The position numbers and the translations under genes were made by a program. Positions 39,822 through 52,963 of a stretch of DNA of 64,000 nucleotides are shown piece by piece. The stretch's first letter is position 1; the number at the start of each line of letters is the position of its first letter. Source of the stretch: Octopus sinensis (Eukaryota); contig NC_043007.1 in the NCBI RefSeq assembly GCF_006345805.1, positions 71,052,001 through 71,116,000 of the forward strand. The letters are read 5' to 3'. The notes below the pieces were generated by a model. That model saw nothing but the letters and a program-made list of their open reading frames with translations, was not told where the DNA came from and searched no databases.

Positions 39822-40134
39822 GCATGTTGGAAACTTACCAATGGTACATGGAAATGTTTCTGCATTCAGCTTTGTGCTGACCCAGCTGAATGACATGTTA
39901 AAGTGGGCGCTGCAAGCTGAGACTGACCGGCCAAAGCCATCATTGCCTTCCAAAGGATCATTGGTCAAAAAGAAAGCTAATAATGTTACAAGCGTCAACA
40001 AAGTTGTTACTTTTACTGAAACGTCATTTACTAACGAAGATGCACCTTCAGTGAAGAAAGCTTTCACTTTCACTGAAACCTCATTTCTTAGTGAAAATGC
40101 TGATGACTCAAGTGAAGATTCTGCAGAAGAGGAG
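39822..40134 (+). CDS. Probable coding exon (alternative first or cassette exon of the myosin, or a nested gene): ...MLKWALQAETDRPKPS...KVVTFTETSF...KAFTFTETSF...DSAEEE
   Basis: Open frame after the TAA at 39808-10. GAG|GTAAGA donor at 40135 (phase 0). A 57-nt/19-aa internal repeat differs mainly at synonymous positions. The 5' boundary is uncertain: AG acceptors give starts at 39822, 39870 or 39886, and there is an ATG at 39841. Confidence 0.6.
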
Positions 40135-40984
40135 GTAAGAGTTTGCTAACACTTGAATCACTTACTAATGACCTACTTGTAACAAACTATTTTGTTTTTT
40201 GTAACCAGAGACATCTATTTCATCTCTTAAAATCAATCAAAGCAAATATTTTGACAAAATAATTAAGAAGAAGCAAAAAGTGAAAATTTTAAGTGAAAGC
40301 CATCAGTTTAATTCTAAACAGAACTACAAATTAATATTTTGAATATTTTAATTTTATTTTCAATCTCCTTTATTTTGTATTTCAAAATTTCATAAATAGG
40401 ATATTAAAATTACTGTGACACTGCAGCAGCTATTAAATAATAAATATTTTCTAATCATTTAATTTAACAAACTACTTTAGTTGTCATAATCTGCAATAAC
40501 ATACAAACTAATATCATCTCAGTCATAAAAGTTTACATTTGCTATTTTGGTTATATTTGAAAATTCTACTGACAAAACACACATTAAACACAATATAAAT
40601 ATATATTATATAAATATTTACGATACATATATACACTCTGCAATTTATATGTTTGTTCTACCTGTATATTTATACAGTACATGTCAAATACACAAGTTAA
40701 ATATGTGAGGAATGTTAGAGAATGTTTAGTAAGAAATTTTTTTAAAATGTAGCTTTAATCATTCAAAACTGAAAAATTTCTAAATAGAGGGATTAATGCT
40801 GTATAATTATTGGTATTTAAAACGCAGTGTTCTTGGAGTTTTTGTTGAATTTTGCTCCTTCTTCATCAACAGTAAACAGGTGGTAAACAGTAAACAGATC
40901 TACAGGAAGTTATTAAAGGCTTGCAAGTCTAAGAAAAAATAGCTTGTATTACAATAGTGACCATCTATATGTATGTCACTCTAT

Positions 40985-41011
40985 CTACCCCATTCTCTAT
41001 CTACCTCTCTC

Positions 41012-41071
<60 letters not shown>

Positions 41072-41268
41072 ATATGTATATATATATATCATCCATCTGT
41101 ACATCTGTATGAGTATATGCTTCATCTATGTGTGTGTATGTGTTATATACATGTACAAATATTCTATACAACCACATACATACATGCATATATACATGCA
41201 TGCATATATACATGCATGCATGCACATATTCATATATAGATAGATAGGTAGACAGACAGACAAATAGT

Positions 41269-41324
<56 letters not shown>

Positions 41325-41444
41325 AGATTGATAGATATATTTATATGTATATGTGCACACAAATTTAGAAGTGTACAATGAATGATATGTATGTGTATAT
41401 ATATTATATATATATATATATATGCACACACATATGTATGTATA

Positions 41445-41530
<86 letters not shown>

Positions 41531-41550
41531 ATACACACACATACATGTAT
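40985..41550. repeat. Dense (TA)n/(TACA)n/(GATA)n microsatellite block (a similar block lies at about 42340-42780)
   Basis: Directly visible. Confidence 0.9.
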
Positions 41551-41798
41551 TTGTATATACAAACTACCTGCATCAGTTGTTAGTTGCCGAGAATTGCATC
41601 CTTTAAAACTTCCATGCTTCCTGAAATTCGCCAACAATACACCTGATATCTCCACTTCCATACACATGCACACATGTATATCATGACTCTTGCACTGTTC
41701 ATTTTCCTGACTTTTGTACATAATTCTATGTACTGTACATACACCTTTGATGAATTGTAGTGCACCTGAGCACTATACACAATAATTTCATTATTGTT

Positions 41799-41836
<38 letters not shown>

Positions 41837-42386
41837 TATTATTGTTATTATTATTTATATGTATATGTATGCCTATGTGTATCCATGTATGTATCTATCT
41901 AAATCTATCTATCTGTCTGTCTGTGTTATTTGCTATTAGCAACAAAAGCAGTATTAGTCCAAAATATTCTGTATACCTTACTAAATGTGGATATATTGCG
42001 GAAAACCACAAAACTGCTGTATTCATTGTCAGAGAGTTTCTTGTTTAGACATCTTGTACAAACATTTCCATGAGATGCTGGCTCGAGACAAATACTACAG
42101 TTTTGTGGCCTTGTACAATATATCAACATTAAGTAAGGTATATTGAATGATACACACACACACACGCACATGTGAACGTGTGTAGTGCAATGTAGAGAGC
42201 ATGACATATAACCAATATCTTCCAGAATAGTTGAAAGAATGTGTCAATGAAAACAAATATATCAAAATATCCTGTGGTAGTTATCCATCAACACTCTCAA
42301 CACAGATTATATACACAAAATACTGATCTTCACTCTTATACACACACATATACATATGTATGCATGTATGTACGTATATATGTAGG

Positions 42387-42429
<43 letters not shown>

Positions 42430-42491
42430 GTATACACACATACACATATGTATATGTATATATATATGCACATTTCTTCACTACTTTAGCT

Positions 42492-42595
<104 letters not shown>

Positions 42596-42690
42596 ATATA
42601 TATATATATCTATATATGTATATTATTGTATATATATATATATATAGATATGTATATATATATATATGTATATGTATATGTATATATATG

Positions 42691-42729
<39 letters not shown>

Positions 42730-43049
42730 GTATATATATACACACACACACACATACACATATATATGTATATATTTATATTTTCAACAAATTTTATTCA
42801 ACAAAAACAATAACAACATGTAACAAAAACATATTTAAATGATTATTCCGGACAAGCTATTGTCAGCAGTCCAATGTTTGTTTAAGTGGCTGAAACTTTC
42901 TCTGTCAATTATTTGTTTGGTTAGGAATAATAAATTTCTACTTTATGAAAGTATGGAGTAAGCAATCAGATTAATGTAAAATTGTTTTTATTATAACTGA
43001 ACATAAAAACAGATATTTACATACATACATGCATATATACATGTATATT

Positions 43050-43103
<54 letters not shown>

Positions 43104-43195
43104 TTAGGGAATATGATTCCAAACTTACAGGGAAAAGTTCAATTTAGTAATACTAAATCAAATTTCACAATATATAATATATGTATATAAATTAG

Positions 43196-43458
43196 AGAAC
43201 CACCAAGTAGCAAATCAACAACGATATAATTAAATCATACCATATAGAAAAAAATCAAAGATACGATAAAACTAGAACTAAATAAAGTATGAAATAATAA
43301 ATAAATAGTATATAATGAGTATATAAATATATTATATATTATTTATTTATTATTTCGTACTTTATTTAGTTCTAGGTAAATGTTTTATTGTATCTTTAAT
43401 TTTTTTCTATATGGTATGATTTAATTATATCATTGTTGAATTGCTACATGGTGGTTCT
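43196..43458. repeat. Inverted duplication, ~115-bp arms with a 32-bp spacer
   Basis: 43196-43307 is the near reverse complement of 43340-43458. Confidence 0.85.
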
Positions 43459-44600
43459 TCTCTTATATATATATATATATATATATATATAGGTAAACTA
43501 AAAATATTACGACATGGACAAGAACATGAACCCACAGAGACGACACAAGAACCACAGGACGGGACATTCGAAGCCCTCAGTATCAGTCAAGAACCAGATC
43601 ATCTTAGCAATTTCGCTGATTAATCTTGAGATTGCTCCGATATGGCCAGCCGCCAAGGGAAATCTAAGCAAGCGCATTAGATCCCCGGAAGAAAGCTTCG
43701 AATTATACAACGCAGGACGGAAAACGAACGAAGTACATAAACAAAAATACAGAATACGTGACACCATAAGAATACAAAAACGTAAAACAATAACGTAAAA
43801 TAAAAATAAAAAATAACAACAAAACAAAACCAGGACGTAGGACAAGGTCTTCGACAGGACGAGTTGAGTATGGGCTGGCTTGTGATGTGCCTAATGCCCA
43901 CGGGGAGACGAACAAATACGTGTTGCTTCTGCGGCGCTTGAAAACGAAAGAGCGCTCACAGCGGCTAGCGGTCACGTGATGTGGCCGATGCCAGTGCCAC
44001 TTGACTGGCACCCATACTGGTGGCATGTAAAAAGTACCATTTGAGCGTAGCTGATGCCAGTGCCAGTGGTATGTACAATGCACCATTCGAGCCTGGTCAA
44101 TGTCAGTCCTGCCTGACTGGCCCCCTGCTGATGGCACTTAAAAAGCACCCACTACACTCTTGGAGTGGCTGGTGTTAGGAGGGGCATCCAGTTGTAGAAA
44201 CCTTGCCAGATCAGACTGGAGCCTAGTGCTGCTTCTTGGCTTGCCAGTCCTCAGTCAAACCATCCAACCCATGCCAGCATGGAAAGCGGACATTAAGCAA
44301 TGATGAAGGTGTGTGTGTGTGTGTGTGTGTGTGTATACAGAACGTAAAGGAATTCATGAACTCAGAGAACTGAAGGGCTTAATTCCTTGTGGAGGCTTAC
44401 TGGCCACTTTGTTTTACATCTTCTGAAGGGTATTTACCCAATTTCCCAAGCTGTCTTCACAGCTTTCCTGTGTTCCCAAATTCCTTTATTTTCTGTGGTG
44501 TAGAATACTGGCTCAAGCAACACTTATAAGTTTGTTTACAATATACACACATTACACACACACACACACTGCTGGATAGATAGATAGGTAGATAGATAGG

Positions 44601-44642
<42 letters not shown>

Positions 44643-45218
44643 TAGATAGATAGATAGATAGATAGATAGAAAGGTATCAGCTGATATGTTGGTCTGTCGA
44701 TATGTGCATATCTGCATATGCACACACATATATCTTGTGTGTAGAGTTAGGCACCTCTGACAAGGTCTCCAGACTTGTTATCATCCTTCATTCTTCAGTA
44801 CACACTGCAACAGAAATACCTGACCAACCTTGTAATTTTTTTCCTGCTAGTTTTTACAGATAACTCCTCTCCCTACTATCACTAACTGGGTTGTGCCATG
44901 GGCTGGTTTTCATCATAGCACAAGTACTATCTTGACTAAACAGTAGTAAATAGTCTTTCCCCCTGTGTATAACTTTCTTAATCTAAACTTTACTGCAGTC
45001 TTAGATGGGTGCAAGCCAATAATGTGACTGACTTCAAGTAGTGTTGACAATCTGATTATCTCGGTTTTTGACATGATTTTACTGCTAAATACGTTTTATG
45101 TCACCTATCGTTTGCGTGTGTGCATGTGTGCTTGTGTGAGAGAATGTGTAGGTGTGTTTGTGTACAGACAGGTGTGCATAGGATCAAAAGACAAGGGATG
45201 TTAACACATGCATCACCT

Positions 45219-45506
45219 ATGCTGACACTATGTAAAAAGCAGCTATGCTGGTGCCACATAAAAAGAACCCATGATGTCTCCATGTAAAAAGCACTCATGC
45301 TGGTGCCACACAAGAAACACCCATGGTGGCACAAACATAATAAGCACATGTGCTGGCGCCATAGAAAATGCAACTGCACTGGTGCCACACAAAAAGTACC
45401 CATGTCAGTGCCACATAAAAAGCACCTGTGCTGGTGCTATATAAAAAAGCACCCGCCCAGGCGCCGTGTAAAAAGCTCCCATGCTGGTGTCACATAAAAA
45501 GCACCG
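45219..45506 (+). repeat. ~26-bp degenerate tandem array (~11 units, ATGCTGGTGCCACATAAAAAGCACCC) running into a family E tail that ends near 45645
   Basis: Contiguous units without spacers. Confidence 0.85.
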
Positions 45507-46193
45507 AGTACACTCTGTAAAATGGTTGACATTAAGAAGGGCATCCAGTTGTAGAAACCAAGTCAAAACAGACGTCTAAAGCCTGTCAAACTGACCATTT
45601 CAAGCCAGTATGGAAAAAGGACATGATGATGTTGATGATGATGACAACATCTATCTTTCTAAAAACATACACTGTATGTCTATGTTTCTTTCTTTTAATT
45701 TCATTTTTCTTTGTTTCATTGCTTAATCCCTCTTGTATGAATATTCCCCAATGGTCTCTTTTGTTATGGCATCTTTTTCAGATTTTATCTGACAGTTTAT
45801 TTATCTGACATTTTTGCCTACTGACAAAATGGTACTTATTTCCTCTCAAAACAATTGTAAAGTATGAAATCGGAATAAATATTCCCCTTCCTCATTATGT
45901 AAAATGAATCTGTATTCAACAGATATGACACCATGGTTTTGGGATTATGTGTGGGTAGAATGAACTGCATTCTTTATGGCAGTCCTTGTACATGTTTTTA
46001 GATGCTTTCATACTCTATTTACCTATACATGTACATATATGCATATTAATACATATTATATATATATATATATATATAATATATATACAAATATACATAT
46101 ATATATATGTATGTATATAGATATACATACATACATACATATATAAATATATATATATATATAAATGTATATATATATAAATATATATATAAT

Positions 46194-46254
<61 letters not shown>

Positions 46255-46258
<4 letters not shown>

Positions 46259-46774
46259 ATAAATCCTCGAATATAATCCGCATTTTCCCCCCAAAATTAA
46301 AGGTCAAGATCCCTAGTGCATACTATATACGAGGTTAAGAACGAAAAATATTTTCTAAGCAATGTCCGAGTCTCTATTTGCTGTCTGACAATGTTTATTC
46401 AGACACATTTTGTGATGTCAGGTGCAAAAATACCTTAAGCTAAGCCTGAAAGCAATGAAGTCATAAAAGAATCATCCATAACTAGCAGTAAGCAACATTT
46501 ATTAAAATAAAAGTATTCAGAACACAGAATAACATGTAACAAAAACAATTTGAAAACATATTTACATTCCCAAATTAGAGTTAAGAACATCACCATTATT
46601 GTATTACGCATGCGCGGAAGTGTTTGTTTGACTAAGTGCTGCTGGCTTAATTACGCACGACTCAAGTTAGAGGAGTACATATTATACACAAGGTTTAGGT
46701 TTTTCAGAAGTACAGCCCCCTAAACATCCCCTGCATATTATACTCAAGGGCAGACTATACTCGAGGATTTACGG
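46255..46774. mobile_element. pogo/Tigger-like MITE, copy 2, inserted in (TA)n
   Basis: TIRs CCATAAATCCTCGAATATA and TATACTCGAGGATTTACGG; homologous to 20714-21229. Confidence 0.85.
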
Positions 46775-46810
<36 letters not shown>

Positions 46811-49181
46811 ATGTGTGATTTTGGGTGAGTGTCTTCTACAATGGCCTTGGGTTGACCAAAGCCTTATGAGAAGATTTGGTAGAATGAAACTGAAAGGAGC
46901 CCATCGTTTTATATATGTGTATGTAGGTATATATTTATGTGTGTGTGTATCTTTGTTCCCCCACCATCACTTAACAACCAGTGTTGGTTTGTTTACATTC
47001 ATGTAACTTTGTGGCTCAGCAAAAGAGCCACTAAGTTATGGAGATGTAAACAAACCAACACCGGTTGTCAAGCAATGGTGGGAGAATAAAGATACACACA
47101 CACATAAATATATACTTACATACACATATATACATATATTCATATATATAAACGGTGGGCTTCTTTCAGTTTCATTCTACCAAATCCACTCACAAGGCTT
47201 TGGTCAGGCCAAGGCCATAGCAGAAGACACTTGCCCAACATGCCACACGTCTGTGTGTGCGCACGCACATGTGCATGTGTGTGTGTATGTATATTAGTCT
47301 ATCAACTTGACTATTAGATGTTATATACTGCTGGTCACAATGTACTTCCTTGAATTGCTGTAGCTTTGAAATGATGCCACCCTGCTGGATAGGCAGGTCT
47401 TATATTCACACATACATCCATCCAAAAATACATACATACACATATGCATACATACATACATACATACATACATACATACATACATACATACATACATACA
47501 TACATAATACATACATACATGCATACAAGCATATATACATATATACACACACATACATTCATGTACATGCATTCATATATACATCGATTGATTGTTTCAT
47601 TCATCCATACATACATACCCAACCTATGCCAACATAGAACATAGACGTTAAATCATGATGACACATATATCTGTACACACACACACTCACACACAAACTA
47701 GCTCACTCATTCACTCACTCATATAATTAACATTAGTTTACATCCGCATTTCATGCTGTTATGCAATTGGTGCACTGTGAGAATGCAAGTCAGTTCTTAG
47801 TGGAGGCCCCTTTCATCAGATAATGTACACAGGATGAAGTCCCATTTGTATATTTTATTATTGGCTTGGTTTTTATCCACTAGATGTTCTTGTATCACCA
47901 ACCCCTTTACAGAGTATTTCGGCAGCATTTTATCATGTTGCTGGCACCAGAGGTTGTCATCTTCTTAATAACACAAGACTCAAGAGATGTCGCCACCATG
48001 CTCTTTCACTGTTCCACTCTGTTCTTTCACAGAGCAGATTCTGGTGCATTTTATTGAGTGCCCGCTTTTGTGGGTTTGCCTTGTCTAGCATAACAACTTC
48101 AGTATAAACTCAGTTATCTACTTCAGTGTGTGTGTGTATGTAGGTGTAAGTATGGCTGTGTAGCTAAGAAGTTCATTTTGTAATCATGTGGTTTTGAGTT
48201 CGATCCTACAGTGTGCCACCTTGAACAGTTCCTCTAGCTGTGAGCTGACAGTATTTGTCAGTGAATAAGGCAACAAGTTGGTAGAGTTATTAGCATGCCA
48301 CACAAGATGTTTAGCAGAATTTCATCTGTCTAAATGTTCTGAGTTCAAATTCCACTGAGGTCGACTTTACCTTTGATCCTTTTGGGGGATCATGAAATAA
48401 GTACCAGTTGAGCACTGGGTTCATTGTAATCGACTTACCCACTACTCTGAAAATTGCTAACCTTGTATCAAAACTTTGAACCAATCTTTTGTCAGTGAGT
48501 TTGGTAAATGGAAATTTTAACAAACCCACTGCCTCTCTGTGTGTGTGTGTGTGTATGTGTGTGTGTGTGTGTGTACAGGTGCGTTTGCATGCACGTGTGT
48601 ATGTGATTGAATCTTCTCTCTCTTGATATCTGTAAACAAAATCACTATTTATATAAACTGCATCATTTCTTAGCAACCTTTCATGACAACATATCTGGCC
48701 CTTGGGTTATTTGATATCTGGAGGACAAGAGGAAATTTTTACCTTGTTTGGTTGATGACAGGAAGAACATCTCACCATAGAAAACTACTGCAACAAATTT
48801 CATGTGACCCAAACAAGCATAAAGACATGGATGTTACAATGATGGATGACAATAACATCTGCTCATTATAAATTTGAAAACCTCTTGTTGCTCTAATTAC
48901 TAATCTACAATTAAATTAGTCAATTAAAGACTTAAATTTCCAGCAATTAATATTTAAGAACATTATACTGTATTTTTGACCTTTATTGATTTTATAATCC
49001 ATATTATTGTCTGGCTAACCATTAGTTTCTCTCTGTGATATCTGCTCACGTCTAATGTGACTGTCCATTTGGCTCACTCTTCTTTACGGAGGTAAATTTG
49101 TCTGTCTTGTAGACACTCTTAATATTGAAAGGTAATATTTGTCCCCACTGAAACATGGGTGTTCTGGTAGAACAAACTATA

Positions 49182-49417
49182 CTTTATTCTTTACTTGTTT
49201 CAGTCATTTGACTGTGGCCATGCTGGAGCACCACCTTTTAGTCGAGCAAATTGACCCCAGGACTTATTCTTTGTGAGCCTAGTACTTATTCTGTCTGTTT
49301 CTTTTGCCAAACCACTAAGTTACAGGAATGTAAACACACCAGCATCGGTTTTCAAGTGATGTTGGGGGGGGCAAAGACAGAAACACACACACACACACAA
49401 CACACACACACACACAG

Positions 49418-49477
<60 letters not shown>

Positions 49478-49636
49478 TATATACGACAGGCTTCTTTCAG
49501 TTTCCGTCTACCAAATCCATTCACAAGGCTTTGATCAGCCTGAGGCTATAGTAGAAGACACTTGCCCAAGGTGTTACACAGTGGGACTGAACCCAGAACC
49601 ATGTGTTTGGTAAGCAAGTTACTTACCACACAGCCA
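49182..49636 (-). mobile_element. SINE family B
   Basis: Homology to the other B copies; further minus copies at about 50015-50432 and 52452-52862. Confidence 0.85.
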
Positions 49637-50245
49637 TTAAACTTTTTAAGCTTTATTATAAAATAAAACTCATAAACCCTGGGGTCTCTTAAAGTGGGTC
49701 CTCATAAAGTAAGGTATTATTAGATATAATTTTAATCTTGATATTTTCTTTTCATATTATATTCATGAGGACTTACCAATGTCATTTTCTTTCTGTAAAA
49801 TCTTCTCATGATCGTAAGGGGATGAGTTTGATTCTTGACAGTGCTTTGTGTCCTTGAGCAAGACACTTTATTTCATGTTGTTCCTGTCCACTCAGCTGGA
49901 AAAAAATGAGTTGTACCTGTATTTCAAAGCTTTGTTATATTCTGTGTCATGCTCAATCTCCCTAAGAGCTATGTTAACAGTACATGTGTCTGTGGAATAT
50001 TCACCCACATGCATACTCTTTACTCTTTTACTTGCTTCAGTCATGTGATTGTGGCCATGCTGGAGCACCACCTTTAGTCGAGGAAAACAACACCAGGACT
50101 TATTCTTTGTAAGCCTAGTACTTATTCTATCAGTCTGTTTTGCTGAACCACTAAGTTACGAGGATGTAAACACACCAGCATCAGTTGTCAAGCAATGTTG
50201 GGGGGGGGGACAAACACAGACACACAAACATATACACACACATAC

Positions 50246-50287
<42 letters not shown>

Positions 50288-50900
50288 CATTTATATGACT
50301 GGCTTCTTTCAGTTTCCGTCTACCAAATCCACTCACAAGGCTTTGGTCAGTTCGAGGCTATAGTAGAAGACACTTGCCCAAAGTGCCACGCAGTGGGATT
50401 GAACCTGGAACCATGTAGTTCATAAGCAAGTTACTCTTACGCCTTCATGTTAACTTCATGAGCAGATTGTTCCATTGATCAAATCAATTGGAATCCTCAT
50501 CATTGTAACTGACCGACAGAGTGCCAAACTTCTAGCTTATCTTGTAAGTTTTATGTTCTGATCCTGTTATTCCCTGTCTTCTAATTATTATCTAATATCA
50601 TTTTCCTCGTTGTCCTGTGTGTTCTGCTGTTGTTTCTCATTGTATTCCAGTCACTTGTCTATCTGAACTAAACAAAACCATACAGTTGTCATAATAACGA
50701 ATATATGAAGACTTTTGTGTAAGTTATTGTATCTGTGCATGTGTATATGTTTGTGCGTGTATAAGAATGATAAGTATGATTTAACTATCAGTAACATCAC
50801 TGTGCAGCCAAATGTTGTGTATCCGCTATGCAATGTACTCTAATTAGTATATTGAGTGCTTTGATTTGTCTTCATATTATCAACACCACATACACACACG

Positions 50901-50932
<32 letters not shown>

Positions 50933-51174
50933 CACAAACAAACAGACACACAAACATATATACATATACATAATCACACTCACACACACACACACACACA
51001 CAACACACACACACACAGAAGCTGGTTGTGTGGTAAAGAAGCTTACTTCCCAACCATGTGGTCTCAGGTTCAGTCCCACGGCATGGTACCTTGGACAAGT
51101 CTCTTGTATTATACCCCCTGACCAACCACAGTCCTTTAAGTGGATTTGGTTGGCCGAAAGTAAAAGAAGTAAAA

Positions 51175-51405
51175 GGCAGCGAGCCAGCAGAAACACTAGC
51201 ACGGTGGGCAAAATGCTTTGTGGTATTTCGTCTGCTGTTACTTTCTGAGTTCAAATTCTGCCGAGGTTGAATTTGCCTTTCATCCTTTTGCGGTCGATAA
51301 ATTAAGTACCAGTTACGCACAGGAGTCGATATAATCGAGTTAATCCCTTTGTCTGTCCTTGTTTGTCCCCCCTATGTTCAGCCCCTTGTGGGCAATAAAG
51401 AAATA
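51175..51405 (+). mobile_element. SINE family A
   Basis: Homology to 24928-25156. Confidence 0.85.
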
Positions 51406-51681
51406 AGAAAGTAAAAGAAGACTGTCATCATCATCATCATCATCATCAACATCATTTAATGTCTGTTTTCCATGCTGGCATAGGTGAGACGGTTTGACTG
51501 TAGATGGCATAGCCAGGAACCACACCCAGTTCCATTGTCTGTTTTGGCATAGTTTCTGCAGGTTGATGCCCTTTGTAATGTTAACACCTTTGCAGAGTGT
51601 ACTGGGTGCTTTTTATGTGGCACCAGTGCCAGTTCTTTTTACATGATACATGATATCAACACAAGTACTTATATATATGTA

Positions 51682-51730
<49 letters not shown>

Positions 51731-51961
51731 TGTGTGTGTGTGCATGCGTGTGTGTCCTTGTCTTAGCATCTCATGATGGCTGTAAACGGCTATTACCATC
51801 ATGAAAGTGCTGTTGTTTGTTTCTGGTTTTTCCATGAAAAACATGTCTGGCCATGGAGAAATATTTTCTTGCTTGTAAATATATATGAAAAAGAATAAAC
51901 AGATGTAGGATAAACTGTGTAAGCCACTGTATGCATCTCACATTGAAGAACTGAAACAAGG

Positions 51962-52190
51962 TTAACCCTTTCGTTACCAACCCAGCTGAAACTTGCTCTG
52001 GCTCTGAGTACAAATGTCTTATTTTTCATAAGTTTTGAATTAAAATCTTTCACCAAACCGTAGTCACATTTTATGTTCCTAACACTAGCTTAATGATAAC
52101 TAAGTTATTTTATTAAATTCTTTGTTATATTTAAAGTAATTGAAAGAAACACAGAGCATCTCAAAATAAATATAGTAACGAAAGGGATAA
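51962..52190. mobile_element. piggyBac-type MITE, copy 2 (opposite orientation to 33721-33950)
   Basis: TTAACCCTTTCGTTAC / GTAACGAAAGGGATAA ends. Confidence 0.85.
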
Positions 52191-52911
52191 GCAATTCTTT
52201 AGTCCTGCTTTAGACCTAGACATGCACAACAACAAAGATGGTAGGCATTCTCAATTGTTATGTGTTCTGGAAATTGAAGGATCATAGGGAATAGTGAGAT
52301 GTAAGATCTTTCTAACTCATACTGGCATAGGAAAACGGAGGTAAAATACTGATGAGCATGATAATGCATGCATTTATGTATGTACATATATGCATGATTA
52401 TAGACACATATATATAAAATAAGACTGGCCTTTTGTATTAACAGATATAAATTTTACTCTTTTACTCTTACTTGTTTGAGCCATTTGACTGTGGCCATGC
52501 TGGAGCACCGCCTTCAGTAGAGTAAATCGAACCCAGGACTTATTCTTTGTAAGCCTAGTACTTATTCTATCGGTCTCTTTTGCCGAACCGCTAAGTTACG
52601 GGGACATAAACACACCAGCATCAGTTGTCAAGCGATGTTGGGGGGAGAAACAGACACACAAACACACACAACACATATATACATATACATATATACGATG
52701 GGCTTCTTTTCAGTTTCTGTCTACCAAATACACTCAGAAGGCTTTAGTCGACCCGAGGCCATAGTAGAAGACACTTGCCCAAGGTGCCACGCAGTGGGAC
52801 TGAACACAGAACCATGTGGTTGGTAAGCAAGTGACTTACCACACAGCCACTCCTGCGCCTATTTGTAAATAATATTTTGAATATCATAAAAAGAAACAAT
52901 AAAATAGCATT

Positions 52912-52963
<52 letters not shown>

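Noticed and set aside
39663-40073. 136-aa minus-strand ORF
   Set aside because: It is the antisense shadow of the + strand exon; synonymous-change evidence and the donor site favour the + frame.
41926-42207. Minus-strand ORF with CSIC...CTRC, zinc-finger-like
   Set aside because: It starts in a (TG)n repeat, has only four spaced Cys with no full RING/PHD pattern, and lacks convincing splice sites.
43560-43600. Second hammerhead candidate (minus strand CTGATACTGAGGGCTTCGAAT)
   Set aside because: It lacks the CUGANGA and GAAA core spacing and a stem II.
45219-45506. CRISPR-like appearance of the 26-bp array (also the 29-bp array at 959-1103)
   Set aside because: Units are contiguous and degenerate with no unique spacers, there are no cas genes, and the context is eukaryotic.
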